From Nitrosarchaeum sp. (GTDB lineage: Archaea; Thermoproteota; Nitrososphaeria; Nitrososphaerales; Nitrosopumilaceae): DNA of 64,000 bases. Under the pieces are notes generated by a model. The model had not been told where the DNA came from. It ran no database searches and saw nothing but the letters and a program-made list of their open reading frames with translations. The DNA is taken from the NCBI GenBank assembly GCA_965223865.1, contig OZ245020.1:1728001-1792000 (forward strand), in the 5' to 3' direction. Numbering within the stretch: the stretch's first letter is position 1; each line of letters starts with the position of its first letter. The translations under genes were made by a program, and so were the position numbers. Shown piece by piece: positions 38,265-48,035 of the stretch.

Positions 38265-38718
38265 TCAGAACCCTTTGGGTAAAGTGCCTCTGGATGTTTT
38301 TGGTTTTTTAGGTTCTTGTTGTGGTTCGAATCCTTTTGGAAGAGAACCTCTTGTTGTTTTAGCCTGTTGTTGAGCTTCTTTTGCAATAATTTCAGCTTCG
38401 GCTTTTTCTCTTTCGATTCTTTCCCGCTCAATTCTTTTAAGATATTCTTTTTCATATTCTTCTCGTTGTTCTTTTATTGATTTTTCTCCTTTTTCACTTG
38501 AAGGCGGTGCTTGTTGTGTTTGAGCTTGTGATTTTTCCATTCCTTTTGGTAGTGTACCTTTTGGTTTTGTGGTTGCAGCTGGTCTTTCAGCTGGTTTTGT
38601 CTCAAGCTGGTTTTGTCTCAGCTGGGGCCTCTAATTCTGTAGATAGTTTGTTTAGTTTAGCTTCTAATTCTGCAATCTTGCTTTCAAGATCTTTTTTTGT
38701 TTGCTTTTTAGTTGCCAT
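38265..38718 (-). pseudogene. Frameshifted (or mis-assembled) paralog of the 39102-39950 low-complexity GTLPKGF-motif protein
   Basis: ATG at 38718 (MATKKQTKKDLESK...); extra base at 38604/38605 creates TGA; removing it joins the 38265-38540 ORF in frame. Confidence 0.75.
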
Positions 38719-38842
38719 TTCTTACACTACACACAGTATTGTTTATTTACATTTTGACTAGATTTAGATGTCAAATGAAAAAATCAAAATAGATCATCCA
38801 AAACACAATCACAAAAATAAGAAATCAATACAAAACCAGATC

Positions 38843-39034
38843 TTAATCAGGTTCCCAAAATTGCATTATATACAGACAATTATTGCATCGCCATGATCGT
38901 ACATGAATGCCATTATCAATATCAGAAACATACTTACCATTTTTTAATTTGCGTACATGTGGAAGATAGGACAGATCAGGATTGTCAAGCCATTCAGTTT
39001 GTCCACAGTTGTGGCATTTGATTTGTGGAGGCAC
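38843..39034 (-). CDS. Small zinc-ribbon protein
   Basis: CHNCG ... WRCNNC. Confidence 0.75.
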   Translation of the reverse strand: MPPQIKCHNCGQTEWLDNPDLSYLPHVRKLKNGKYVSDIDNGIHVRSWRCNNCLYIMQFWEPD

Positions 39035-39101
39035 ATATAGAAAAACACAGGATTAATGAATAATTTTGTGATTAAAAATAGAAAATAAAGAAGTTAGTGA
39101 A

Positions 39102-39950
39102 TTAGAAACCTTTTGGTAGTGTACCTTTTGGTTTTGGTTTTGGTGGTGGAGGTGGTGCTTGTTGTGTTTGAGCTTTTGCTGCTACACCTTCAACAGACAT
39201 AAGTTGACCACTAAAGCCTCCAAAGAATTTACCTCCAGGATAGCTTGCAAATCTTGCTTTGGTTGCAAAGTATTGATTTGATGGAGCTGTATATCCAGGT
39301 ACTTTGGTTTTTTGTTCATTCCAATTGGATGTTGGAACTTTGCCTACGGGGGCAGTTTTTCTAACCCAGTATCTGTGTGGTGCAGGTGAATAACCAGTTG
39401 TTATTGCTCGGTATCGGTGGAAATCAGTCATTGGTGCATCATAGTATGCATTCTCTAATGCTTCATGAAAAGTTGCAGGTAGTTGTGCTTCTGCTTCAGA
39501 TGGTTTTGGTGCTTCAGCTGGTTTAGCTTCTGCAGGTTTTTCTCCAAATCCTTTTGGTAGTGTACCTTTTGGTTTTGTGGTTGCAGCTGGTCTTTCAGCT
39601 GGTTTTGTCTCAGCTGGTTTTGTCTCAGCTGGTTTTGTCTCAGCTGGTTTTTCTCCAAATCCTTTTGGTAGTGTACCTTTTGGTTTTGTGGTTGCAGCTG
39701 GTCTTTCAGCTGGTTTTGTCTCAGCTGGTTTAGCTTCTGCAGGTTTTTCTCCAAATCCTTTTGGTAGTGTACCTTTTGGTTTTGTCTCAGCTGGTTTTGT
39801 CTCAGCTGGTTTTGTCTCAGCTGGTTTTGTCTCAGCTGGTTTTGTCTCAGCTGGGGCCTCTAATTCTGTAGATAGTTTGTTTAGTTTAGCTTCTAATTCT
39901 GCAATCTTGCTTTCAAGATCTTTTTTTGTTTGCTTTTTGGCAGCTACCAT
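39102..39950 (-). CDS. Low-complexity Pro/Ala/Lys/Glu-rich protein with N-terminal coiled coil and four KGTLPKGF motifs
   Basis: PAETK repeats; repeated and C-terminal PKGTLPKGF. Confidence 0.85.
   Translation of the reverse strand: MVAAKKQTKKDLESKIAELEAKLNKLSTELEAPAETKPAETKPAETKPAETKPAETKPKGTLPKGFGEKPAEAKPAETKPAERPAATTKPKGTLPKGFGEKPAETKPAETKPAETKPAERPAATTKPKGTLPKGFGEKPAEAKPAEAPKPSEAEAQLPATFHEALENAYYDAPMTDFHRYRAITTGYSPAPHRYWVRKTAPVGKVPTSNWNEQKTKVPGYTAPSNQYFATKARFASYPGGKFFGGFSGQLMSVEGVAAKAQTQQAPPPPPKPKPKGTLPKGF
39500..39855 (-). repeat. Intragenic 15-bp (PAETK) tandem repeats nested in larger repeated blocks
   Basis: GGTTTTGTCTCAGCT units and three copies of CCAAATCCTTTTGGTAGTGTACCTTTTGG on the plus strand. 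Confidence 0.9.
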
Positions 39951-40048
39951 TAGTTGAAATTTAAATCCGGGGTTTATTTACATTTGGGTTGAATTTCAGC
40001 CACAAAAAGTGATCAAGTTTTATAAACACATAGAAACTAACCATAATA

Positions 40049-40423
40049 ATGGATGATTTTGAAAAAGAGTACCCAGGATTTGATTGGAAAAATACTCCGG
40101 CATACAAGCATCCAGGTGGAAAAAATTGTCCTTGCCCAAAACATGAATACATCAGAGAGCAAATTAACTTTACAAAGCAGGTTAACGAGAAAGGGAAAGA
40201 AGCATCAAAAATCACTCTAAAGTTTTGTCCCGATCATTATCGAGTATACATGGATGAAGTCATCCCTGCAATGCCTATGAAATATAAAATTCTGACAAAG
40301 ATAGCACTAAAGCTTGGTGCAATTCAAGTTGAACAGTTAAAGTACATGGAATCAGAATTGTGTTTTTACTGCAAGTTTGGGTCCGGTGGACATGATAAAA
40401 AGACAGAACTCCCACCGATGTAG
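40049..40423 (+). CDS. Hypothetical Cys/His-rich protein
   Basis: CPCPKH, FCPDH, CFYC motifs. Confidence 0.75.
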   Translation: MDDFEKEYPGFDWKNTPAYKHPGGKNCPCPKHEYIREQINFTKQVNEKGKEASKITLKFCPDHYRVYMDEVIPAMPMKYKILTKIALKLGAIQVEQLKYMESELCFYCKFGSGGHDKKTELPPM

Positions 40424-40426
40424 AAT

Positions 40427-40660
40427 TTATTCTGGGCTAAGTAAAATTTTGGGTTTATTTGGAGTATCATGATGACAATTTTTTCCACATAAGGGACAAC
40501 GTTTTCTATCAAGAAATATGCATTGACAAATATGCGAATCAAGATATGATTTTGCAGGTTTGTTTGACTCACCCGTTCCATTACAAAAAGGACACTGTGT
40601 ATCTAAAAGCTCAATAATTCCATTTCCTTTACAAACTGCACATTTGTCATCAGCCATCAT
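40427..40660 (-). CDS. Small DnaJ-type zinc-finger protein
   Basis: CAVCKGNG and CPFCNGTG repeats plus CQC and CPLCGKNCHH. Confidence 0.8.
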   Translation of the reverse strand: MMADDKCAVCKGNGIIELLDTQCPFCNGTGESNKPAKSYLDSHICQCIFLDRKRCPLCGKNCHHDTPNKPKILLSPE

Positions 40661-40770
40661 TCATTTCCCGAGTAGAGAGAATTAAAATGCATGTGTTAAA
40701 ATTATTTCCAAAAAAATGGTTTTTACGTAAATCTAGTTAAGCTTATACTGTATCCTAATGCAGAAAAATA

Positions 40771-42216
40771 GTGCCAATAGAAGACACACATGAGTTTATC
40801 AGAGAATTAGAAAAGAAAAATGAGTTAAAAAGAATAAAGGTTCAAGTTGATTCAGATTTAGAGATTGCAGAAATTTTAAGAAGAGGAATGTATTCTAATG
40901 GACCTGCAATTCTTTTTGAAAATGTAAAAAATTATGACATCCCAGTTTTAGGAAATGCGTTTGGATCAATGAACAGATTAGAGATTGGATTGGAGATGAC
41001 AGATTTTACAGAAATAGGTCAGAGAATTGTAGATATGACAAAGATGGACATTCCATCAGGTTTTCTAAACAAGATAAAAAAACTCCCTGAACTCTCAAAG
41101 ATGACAGAGTCTTTTCCAAAACTAGAAAACAGCGGTCCTGTTACCGAAATTACATCAAATACTGCATCATTTGACGATATTCCAATTTTAAAATCATGGC
41201 CAAATGATGCAGGCAGATTCATCACTCTTGGTCTTGTTGCTACAAAACATCCAGAAACAGGAGTAAGAAATTTGGGAGTTTTTAGAATGCAAATAGTTGA
41301 CAGTACACATGCATTGATGCATTGGCAAAAACACAAAAGAGGTGCACAACACAGTGAAATTTCCAAAGACAAGGGAGAAAAGATTCCAGCCGCAATAATT
41401 ATCGGAGGAGAACCTGCAACAGTTTTTTCATCAATTGCACCAGTGCCTGAAGGACTCGACAAGTATCTTTTTGCAGGGATTACAAGAAAGAAAGGAATTA
41501 AAACTGTAAAATGCAATACAATTGACTTAGACGTTCCTGCAAATGCAGAAATTGTTTTGGAGGGATTTGTTGATCCAACCGACATAAGAGAGGAAGGGCC
41601 ATTTGGAGATCATACTGGTTACTATACGCCTGTTGAACCATATCCAACATTCACATTAACTGGAATTATGAGGAGAAAAGATCCAATCTATCTTACAACA
41701 GTAGTTGGAAAACCAATCTTAGAGGATGCTTATATTGGCAAAGTAATTGAACAATCTTTTCTACCATTGATTAGAATGTTCCATCCCGAAGTGGTAGATT
41801 TTAGCATGCCTGCTGCAGGATGGTTTCAAGGATTTGCCATAGTTTCAATTAAAAAGAGATTCCCAGGACAGGCAAAAAAAGTCATGATGGGATTATGGGG
41901 AATGGGGCAACTTTCTCTAACGAAAATGTTTGTGGTCGTAGATGAAGACATTAATGTTCATGACATCAACGATGTGATTTGGGCAATTACAACAAGAGCT
42001 GATGCTGCCAGAGACACCATCATAATAAAAAATTCGCCAACAGATACACTTGATCCTGCATCGCCACTTGTTAACTTGGGCTCAAAATTAGGGATAGATG
42101 CCACACAAAAAACTAAAGAAGAAGGATTTCAAAGAGAGATTCAACAACAAGTTAAGGTAGACCAAGATACAAAAAATTTAGTAGATTCAAAGTGGTCTGA
42201 ATATAGATTAGAGTAA
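40771..42216 (+). CDS. UbiD-family decarboxylase (menaquinone/futalosine pathway)
   Basis: GPAILFEN, RNLGVFRMQ, EGPFGDHTGYY, LGIDAT; convergent with mqnC. Confidence 0.92.
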   Translation: MPIEDTHEFIRELEKKNELKRIKVQVDSDLEIAEILRRGMYSNGPAILFENVKNYDIPVLGNAFGSMNRLEIGLEMTDFTEIGQRIVDMTKMDIPSGFLNKIKKLPELSKMTESFPKLENSGPVTEITSNTASFDDIPILKSWPNDAGRFITLGLVATKHPETGVRNLGVFRMQIVDSTHALMHWQKHKRGAQHSEISKDKGEKIPAAIIIGGEPATVFSSIAPVPEGLDKYLFAGITRKKGIKTVKCNTIDLDVPANAEIVLEGFVDPTDIREEGPFGDHTGYYTPVEPYPTFTLTGIMRRKDPIYLTTVVGKPILEDAYIGKVIEQSFLPLIRMFHPEVVDFSMPAAGWFQGFAIVSIKKRFPGQAKKVMMGLWGMGQLSLTKMFVVVDEDINVHDINDVIWAITTRADAARDTIIIKNSPTDTLDPASPLVNLGSKLGIDATQKTKEEGFQREIQQQVKVDQDTKNLVDSKWSEYRLE

Positions 42217-43326
42217 TGTCAGAGGATTGTAGAAATTATCACGTTCCTCGGCTTGATATCCAATTTGATGAATTGCATTCACAATGATTTTATCGGTAAG
42301 CTCAGTTGAACGTGCACCAGTGCAAGATACAACTTCTTCGCCAATAAGGGTTCCACCAAAATCATCAGCACCATATTGAAGTGCCAGTTGTGCCATCCCA
42401 ATGCCATTAGTAAGCCACGAGGACTGAATATGAGGAATTAATCCATCAAAAATTAATCTGGAAATTGCAATCATTTTTAGTAATTGGATACCTCCCGTAC
42501 CATACTCCACCAAGTCTTCTTTTTGTATCAGAGTATTGTTTGGCTCAAAGTTCCAAGGAATAAATGCCATAAATCCTCCTGTCTTTTGTTGTAACTTTAC
42601 AATTTTAAAAAAATGCTCAACAATATCGTTGTTATTTTCAACATGACCATACATCATTGTTGCAGATGCAGGCAAACCAATATCGTGTGCTTCTTCCATG
42701 ATTCTTATCCAATCATCACTTGAGATTTTTTTTGGACTAATAACATCTTTAACAGAGTCAACAAGAATTTCAGCTCCTGCTCCTGGTATAGATTGCAATC
42801 CAGCTTCTTTAAGTCGAGACAGAATTTCTTTAGTTGAAGATTTTTCTACTTTAGCAATCATATCAATTTCTGAAGTTGATAATCCATGTATTCCAATTTG
42901 TGGGAATTTTTCATGAATTGTTTTAAAGGCATCTTCATAGTATTCAATTTTCAGATTGGGGTTATGTCCACCTTGAATCAGAACCTGTCTTATTTTAAAC
43001 ATCTCCCAAGCAGTCTTTACTCTTGATTCAATTTGGTCTAGTGTCAGAGTGTAAGCATCTTCTGCTCCAGGAGAACGATAAAATGCACAGAATTTGCAAT
43101 CAGTAATACAGACATTAGTATAATTCAAAATAATGTTATTGACAAAAGATGCTTTTTTTCCAAATTGTTTTCTTGTCAGATATCCAGAGGCCAATCCCAT
43201 CAAATGAACATCATTGGATTCTAATAATCTAAGACAATCTTCTTGACTAGGTCTTTGTCCATTTAGAGAATTTTCAAGAATATCTCCAATGTCACTTTTG
43301 TAAAGCTGCTCGGTAGTTTGACTCAA
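42208..43326 (-). CDS. mqnC: Dehypoxanthine futalosine cyclase (CofH/MqnC radical SAM)
   Basis: NYTNVCITDCKFCAFYR, IQGGHNP, PGAGAEIL, HIQSSWLT, GADDFGGT. Confidence 0.82.
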   Translation of the reverse strand: MSQTTEQLYKSDIGDILENSLNGQRPSQEDCLRLLESNDVHLMGLASGYLTRKQFGKKASFVNNIILNYTNVCITDCKFCAFYRSPGAEDAYTLTLDQIESRVKTAWEMFKIRQVLIQGGHNPNLKIEYYEDAFKTIHEKFPQIGIHGLSTSEIDMIAKVEKSSTKEILSRLKEAGLQSIPGAGAEILVDSVKDVISPKKISSDDWIRIMEEAHDIGLPASATMMYGHVENNNDIVEHFFKIVKLQQKTGGFMAFIPWNFEPNNTLIQKEDLVEYGTGGIQLLKMIAISRLIFDGLIPHIQSSWLTNGIGMAQLALQYGADDFGGTLIGEEVVSCTGARSTELTDKIIVNAIHQIGYQAEERDNFYNPLTLL

Positions 43327-43751
43327 TTAACTTGTCCTCATTCATTTTCGAATTCTATTTATTCCTTGAGAGTAAAAATAATTAAAACAAAAACAGAAGT
43401 TGCCATAAAACAATCGAATCAAGAAACTATGTCATCACCCATCAAAATAGTCACGAATAATAGTGGAGTGCAATCAATTTTTCTCTGCATATTTACAGTT
43501 CTTTAGCCGCTCAATCTGCGTTTTTGAATTGGATTCCGCGGTGAATTTTGACAATTTCTTGATGAATTTTTAAAATATAATTTAGATGAACAGCATGTAT
43601 GCCTAAGTAAATTGTAATACATTTCTAGGTATACATTTTCTATATTTCTTAAGATCAGCATAGATAATATTAACAAAATACAATATCAGCACACCAAGAC
43701 AAACAACAGATCTCGTTATTTTTAAGTAGGGCACCAAAAGGAGATTGTTTC

Positions 43752-44534
43752 ATGGTCTCAGGTCTTCAAATTAGATTAAACAGAATTCTTAGAAAAGGCA
43801 AGATGTTGTGTATCCCAATGGATCATGGGATTTCCAATGGACCCATTGAAGGTCTTGAGGATCCGGCTTCAATTATTTACAAATGTGAAGGGCATGGTCT
43901 CACAAGTGTCATTATTAACAAAGGAATTATCAAAACTCTACCAAAACCACCCAAAGTGGGAATTTTAGTTCACTTTTCAAGTAGCACATCATTATCATTA
44001 TCACCTAATCGTAAAATGCTTACAGGTAGTGTAAAAGAAGCAGTTGCACTCGGAGCAGATGGAGTATCTTTGCACATTAACATTGGCGGAAAGGAAGAAC
44101 CAGAGATGCTAGAACAGTTAGGAATGACAGCAGATCAGTGTCACAAATGGAATATGCCATTATTGGCAATGATGTATCCTAGAGGAGAAAATATCAAAGA
44201 TCCACATGATCCAGAAATTGTCGCACATGTTGCAAGGATCGGAGCAGAGTGTGGTGCAGATATTGTAAAAACAGTATATACTGGTGATGTTGATTCTTTT
44301 GCAAGAATTGTAAAAAGTACACCAGTTCCCATTGTAGTAGCTGGAGGACCAAAAGCTGAAACAGATTTAGATATTTTACAGATGACTGAAGATGTAATGA
44401 ATGCAGGTGCGAAGGGAGTAACCTACGGTAGAAATATTTTTGCTCATAAATCCCCAGAAAAGATGACAGAAGCATTAGCATCAATTATTTTCAGAAAAGA
44501 ATCCGTAAAGGAAGTAATGAAAAAAATTGAGTAA
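43752..44534 (+). CDS. 2-amino-3,7-dideoxy-D-threo-hept-6-ulosonate (ADH) synthase
   Basis: PMDHG, LAMMYPRG, GADIVKTVYTGD, AGGPK, GRNIF; first gene of the aro cluster. Confidence 0.9.
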   Translation: MVSGLQIRLNRILRKGKMLCIPMDHGISNGPIEGLEDPASIIYKCEGHGLTSVIINKGIIKTLPKPPKVGILVHFSSSTSLSLSPNRKMLTGSVKEAVALGADGVSLHINIGGKEEPEMLEQLGMTADQCHKWNMPLLAMMYPRGENIKDPHDPEIVAHVARIGAECGADIVKTVYTGDVDSFARIVKSTPVPIVVAGGPKAETDLDILQMTEDVMNAGAKGVTYGRNIFAHKSPEKMTEALASIIFRKESVKEVMKKIE

Positions 44535-45585
44535 GAATAGAGAATTAATAATTTCGCCAAAAGTTTCAACGGCACAATTAACAAAATTCCTACAACAATT
44601 AGAATCAGAAGGAATCAAAATGGTGTATTTGGATCCAAAAAAAATAGGAAAGAAAAAAACAAAGCTTGAAACTGTTTATCCATCAACTTTAGCAAGCAAT
44701 GTTATTCTTGAAAAAGAAATTAGTAAACCTAAAGGAAAGAAAGTAGGAAGAAAATTCCAAGTTTTATCAAACGAAGATATAGAGAATATATTGATTGTGG
44801 CAAAAAAAGGCCTTGATTTTGTTATAGTGGAGGTAAAAGACTGGAAAATTATTCCACTAGAGAATATTATAGCAAAATTGCACAAAATTCACACCAAAAT
44901 ATTTGCAATTGCAAGAACGCCTGAAGAAGTAAGAAAAATGTTCTCAATTTTAGAAGTGGGAGTCGATGGCGTGATCTTTAGTACATCATCAATTAATGAG
45001 GTAAGAGAAGCTATGGTATACCTAGGTACCAGAAGTTTTGATTTAGAACCAGCTAAAATTGTTGAGATTAAAGAAGTTGGTGATGGAGAAAGAGTCTGTG
45101 TAGACACAGCATCTATGCTACATAAAGGAGAAGGAATGTTAATTGGAAGTAGATCAAACTTTCTATTTCTAGTTCACAACGAATCAGTGGGTTCCTCATT
45201 TACATCACCAAGACCATTTAGAGTAAATGCAGGGGCGGTTCATTGTTATACATTATCACCAGATGGAACAACAAATTATCTCTCAGAAATCGAAACAGGA
45301 TCAGAAGTTTTGATTCTAAATTCAAAAGGAAAGGCAAGAAGAGTAACTGTAGGAAGATCAAAAATTGAAAGGCGACCCATGTTGATGATAAAGGCGAAAG
45401 TCAAAGAGGAGATAGGAGGAATTATAGCTCAAGATGCAGAGACTATCAGATTTGTAAAACCAAATGGACAACTAGTTTCAGTAACACATCTAAAAAAAGG
45501 AGACAGGGTCATGGTTCATGCAAAGACTGCAACAGGAAGACATTTTGGAATGGAAGTTTCAGACGAATATATTTTAGAAAAGTGA
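44527..45585 (+). CDS. 3-dehydroquinate synthase II
   Basis: DWKIIPLENIIA, GERVCVDT, RPFRVNAGAVH, KIERRPM, GRHFG. Confidence 0.94.
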   Translation: MSKNRELIISPKVSTAQLTKFLQQLESEGIKMVYLDPKKIGKKKTKLETVYPSTLASNVILEKEISKPKGKKVGRKFQVLSNEDIENILIVAKKGLDFVIVEVKDWKIIPLENIIAKLHKIHTKIFAIARTPEEVRKMFSILEVGVDGVIFSTSSINEVREAMVYLGTRSFDLEPAKIVEIKEVGDGERVCVDTASMLHKGEGMLIGSRSNFLFLVHNESVGSSFTSPRPFRVNAGAVHCYTLSPDGTTNYLSEIETGSEVLILNSKGKARRVTVGRSKIERRPMLMIKAKVKEEIGGIIAQDAETIRFVKPNGQLVSVTHLKKGDRVMVHAKTATGRHFGMEVSDEYILEK

Positions 45586-45586
45586 A

Positions 45587-46255
45587 ATGCAATACAAAAC
45601 ATGTGTGTCAATTGCAGAAAATACTCCTAACAAAATAAAAAAGGCGGTAAATGCAGCATTAAAAAAATCGGATTATGCTGAAATTAGATTTGATTTTCTA
45701 AAATCAGAACAGATTCCAAAAACTTTAGAAATTATAAAAAAAGATCTTAAGAGGATAGTATGTACTCTTCGACCAAAAATAGAAGGAGGGGAATTTCAAG
45801 GAGGTGAAAAAGAAAGAATTACAATATTAAAATTAATTGCAGAATATAATCCATTTTTTTTAGATGTAGAATTTAACACAATTAGAAAAAACAAAGATTT
45901 AGCAAAATACCTAAAATCAACAAAGACAAAATTGCTAATATCATGGCATGATTTTAAGAAAACGCCTAATTTCTCAGATTTGAAAACGCAAATGAAAAAG
46001 ATGAGAAAATTTGCACCAACAGTAAAAATAGTAACTACTGCAAAAACGATGGATGACAGTACTAGAATACTTCAATTATATAGTAAGAAGGAAAAAACAG
46101 ATCTAATTGCATTTGCAATGGGAGAGGCAGGAAGAATTTCTAGAATTTTATGCCTTAATTTAGGCAGTCCATATACGTATGTATCGCTAGGAAAGCCAGT
46201 AGCACCTGGCCAATTCAGTATAGATGAAATTAAGAGAATTGTCAATCTAAAATAA
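45587..46255 (+). CDS. aroD: 3-dehydroquinate dehydratase type I
   Basis: EIRFD, CTLRP..EGG, SWHDF..TP, MGEAGRISR, APGQ. Confidence 0.93.
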   Translation: MQYKTCVSIAENTPNKIKKAVNAALKKSDYAEIRFDFLKSEQIPKTLEIIKKDLKRIVCTLRPKIEGGEFQGGEKERITILKLIAEYNPFFLDVEFNTIRKNKDLAKYLKSTKTKLLISWHDFKKTPNFSDLKTQMKKMRKFAPTVKIVTTAKTMDDSTRILQLYSKKEKTDLIAFAMGEAGRISRILCLNLGSPYTYVSLGKPVAPGQFSIDEIKRIVNLK

Positions 46256-46362
46256 AGGTAATTTAGAAATTCAAGAATCCAAATTGTAACACATATCCAA
46301 TTAGATATTTGTGTATATAGTAATTGAGAGTTTAAATCAATCATATAATTGATGAAAATTAC

Positions 46363-47181
46363 ATGTCAACTTATGCTGTAATTGGAGACCCAATTGATCA
46401 TTCATTGTCTCCAAATATTCATAGTGCAGTATTTAGGGAATTGAATTTAGATCATTCATACATTGCATATAGGATTCCAAAAGGAGAACTAAAAGAAGGA
46501 ATCGAGTCACTCAAAAAAATAAATATTGCAGGATTCAATGTTACAATTCCACATAAAATTGAGATGATGAAATTCTTAGATAGAATGGATGAATCATGTA
46601 GTGTTATTGGCGCAGTAAATACAGTATCAAACAACAAAGGAATTCTGAAAGGATATAATACAGATATGGATGGATTTTTGGATCCAATTAAGAAAAAAAA
46701 ATTAAAAATAAAAGATCGTAATATTTTGCTTCTTGGTGCAGGAGGTGCTGCAAGAGCTATTGTCGCAGGATTTTCAAAAGAACATGCAAAATCAATCACC
46801 ATTGCCAACAGAACTTTAAAAAATGCAAAGACATTATCAGAGTTTTCAGAAAAAATAGGATTAAATTCCAAATTTATTAAAATCGAAAATGTTAGAAATT
46901 CTGCAAAAGATTATGATATAATTGTAAATGCAACCTCAGTAGGATTGAAAAATGAATCTAGCCCAATTGCACTTGATGAAATCGACAAAAAAACTATTGT
47001 TTACGATATTGTCTACATGCCATTGAATACAGACTTTTTAAAAAAAGCAAAAGAAATGGGTGCTGAGATAATTTATGGATACGAAATGCTTTTAGGACAA
47101 GCTGGAAGAGCTTTTGAAATTTGGCATGGGATAGAAGCACCTTATAATGCTATGAAACGAGCATTGTTAGGAGGAGCATAA
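46363..47181 (+). CDS. aroE: Shikimate dehydrogenase
   Basis: HSLSP, NVTIPHK, GAVNT, NTD, GAGGAA. Confidence 0.96.
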   Translation: MSTYAVIGDPIDHSLSPNIHSAVFRELNLDHSYIAYRIPKGELKEGIESLKKINIAGFNVTIPHKIEMMKFLDRMDESCSVIGAVNTVSNNKGILKGYNTDMDGFLDPIKKKKLKIKDRNILLLGAGGAARAIVAGFSKEHAKSITIANRTLKNAKTLSEFSEKIGLNSKFIKIENVRNSAKDYDIIVNATSVGLKNESSPIALDEIDKKTIVYDIVYMPLNTDFLKKAKEMGAEIIYGYEMLLGQAGRAFEIWHGIEAPYNAMKRALLGGA

Positions 47182-48035
47182 TGACTAAAGTAAAAGCAAC
47201 AGTTCACGGGGCAGTTTCACTAGTAAATGCCATTGCGAATCAGAAAGGAGCAACTCTAGGAATAGAACTTAAAGTAGAAGTGATAGTCAAGACAAGTTCC
47301 GGAAAGGGAATAAACATTCAATCAGAGAACAAGAGTGTTAGTTCACGTTTGATAAACAAAACAATAGAAAAAATTGTTCCAAAAAAAGATTTAGAAAAAA
47401 ATAAAATTGAAGTTATTCTTAATTCTGAAATTCCATTAGGGTACGGTTTAAAGAGCTCAAGTGCAATTTCTTCTGCAGTTGCATTAGCATGTGCAAAGAT
47501 TTTCAGACCAAACATGTCAGATCAACAGATATTGCTTGCAGGAATAGATGCATCAATAGAAACCAAGGTAAGCATAACAGGAGCATATGATGATGCATGC
47601 TCATGTTATTTTGGAGGATTTAATGTTACAAATAACAAAAAGAAAATAAGAGTGCATTATGAAAAAATTCCTCCAAACCTAATTGCAGTAATATTTATTC
47701 CAAAAAATAGGAAACGTGGAAACCTAAAAAATCTAAAACTACTATCTATAGTTTTTGAAAATGCATGGAATCTTGCCAAAAAGTCAAAGTATTGGGATGC
47801 CATGATAATTAATGGGTTAGCAACATCTGCATTACTAAACTCGGAGCCTAAAATAATTACAGGATTACTGGAGAAAGGTGCATTAGGAGCATCAGTTTCA
47901 GGAAATGGGCCTTCAATTGCAGCCATCACTAAAAAAGAAAATGAAGCAAACATCAAAAAGGTATTTTCAATATTAGAAGGGACTATTATTGTTTCCAAAG
48001 TAAATAACAAAAAGGCAGAAGTTCATGAAGTGTAA
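47181..48035 (+). CDS. aroK: Archaeal shikimate kinase (GHMP family)
   Basis: SEIPLGYGLKSSSA, SITGAYDDA, SGNGP. Confidence 0.94.
   Translation: MTKVKATVHGAVSLVNAIANQKGATLGIELKVEVIVKTSSGKGINIQSENKSVSSRLINKTIEKIVPKKDLEKNKIEVILNSEIPLGYGLKSSSAISSAVALACAKIFRPNMSDQQILLAGIDASIETKVSITGAYDDACSCYFGGFNVTNNKKKIRVHYEKIPPNLIAVIFIPKNRKRGNLKNLKLLSIVFENAWNLAKKSKYWDAMIINGLATSALLNSEPKIITGLLEKGALGASVSGNGPSIAAITKKENEANIKKVFSILEGTIIVSKVNNKKAEVHEV

Noticed and set aside
39500-39855. Shared CAGCTG hexamer in both repeat families (10.5 kb and 39.5 kb) as a DNA-level signal
   Set aside because: Explained by common codons (ACA/CCA-GCT-G) for Thr/Pro-Ala; no independent evidence of a DNA function
43330-43560. Short ORFs and a slightly GC-richer patch upstream of mqnC
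   Set aside because: No stable stem or credible reading frame could be identified by eye
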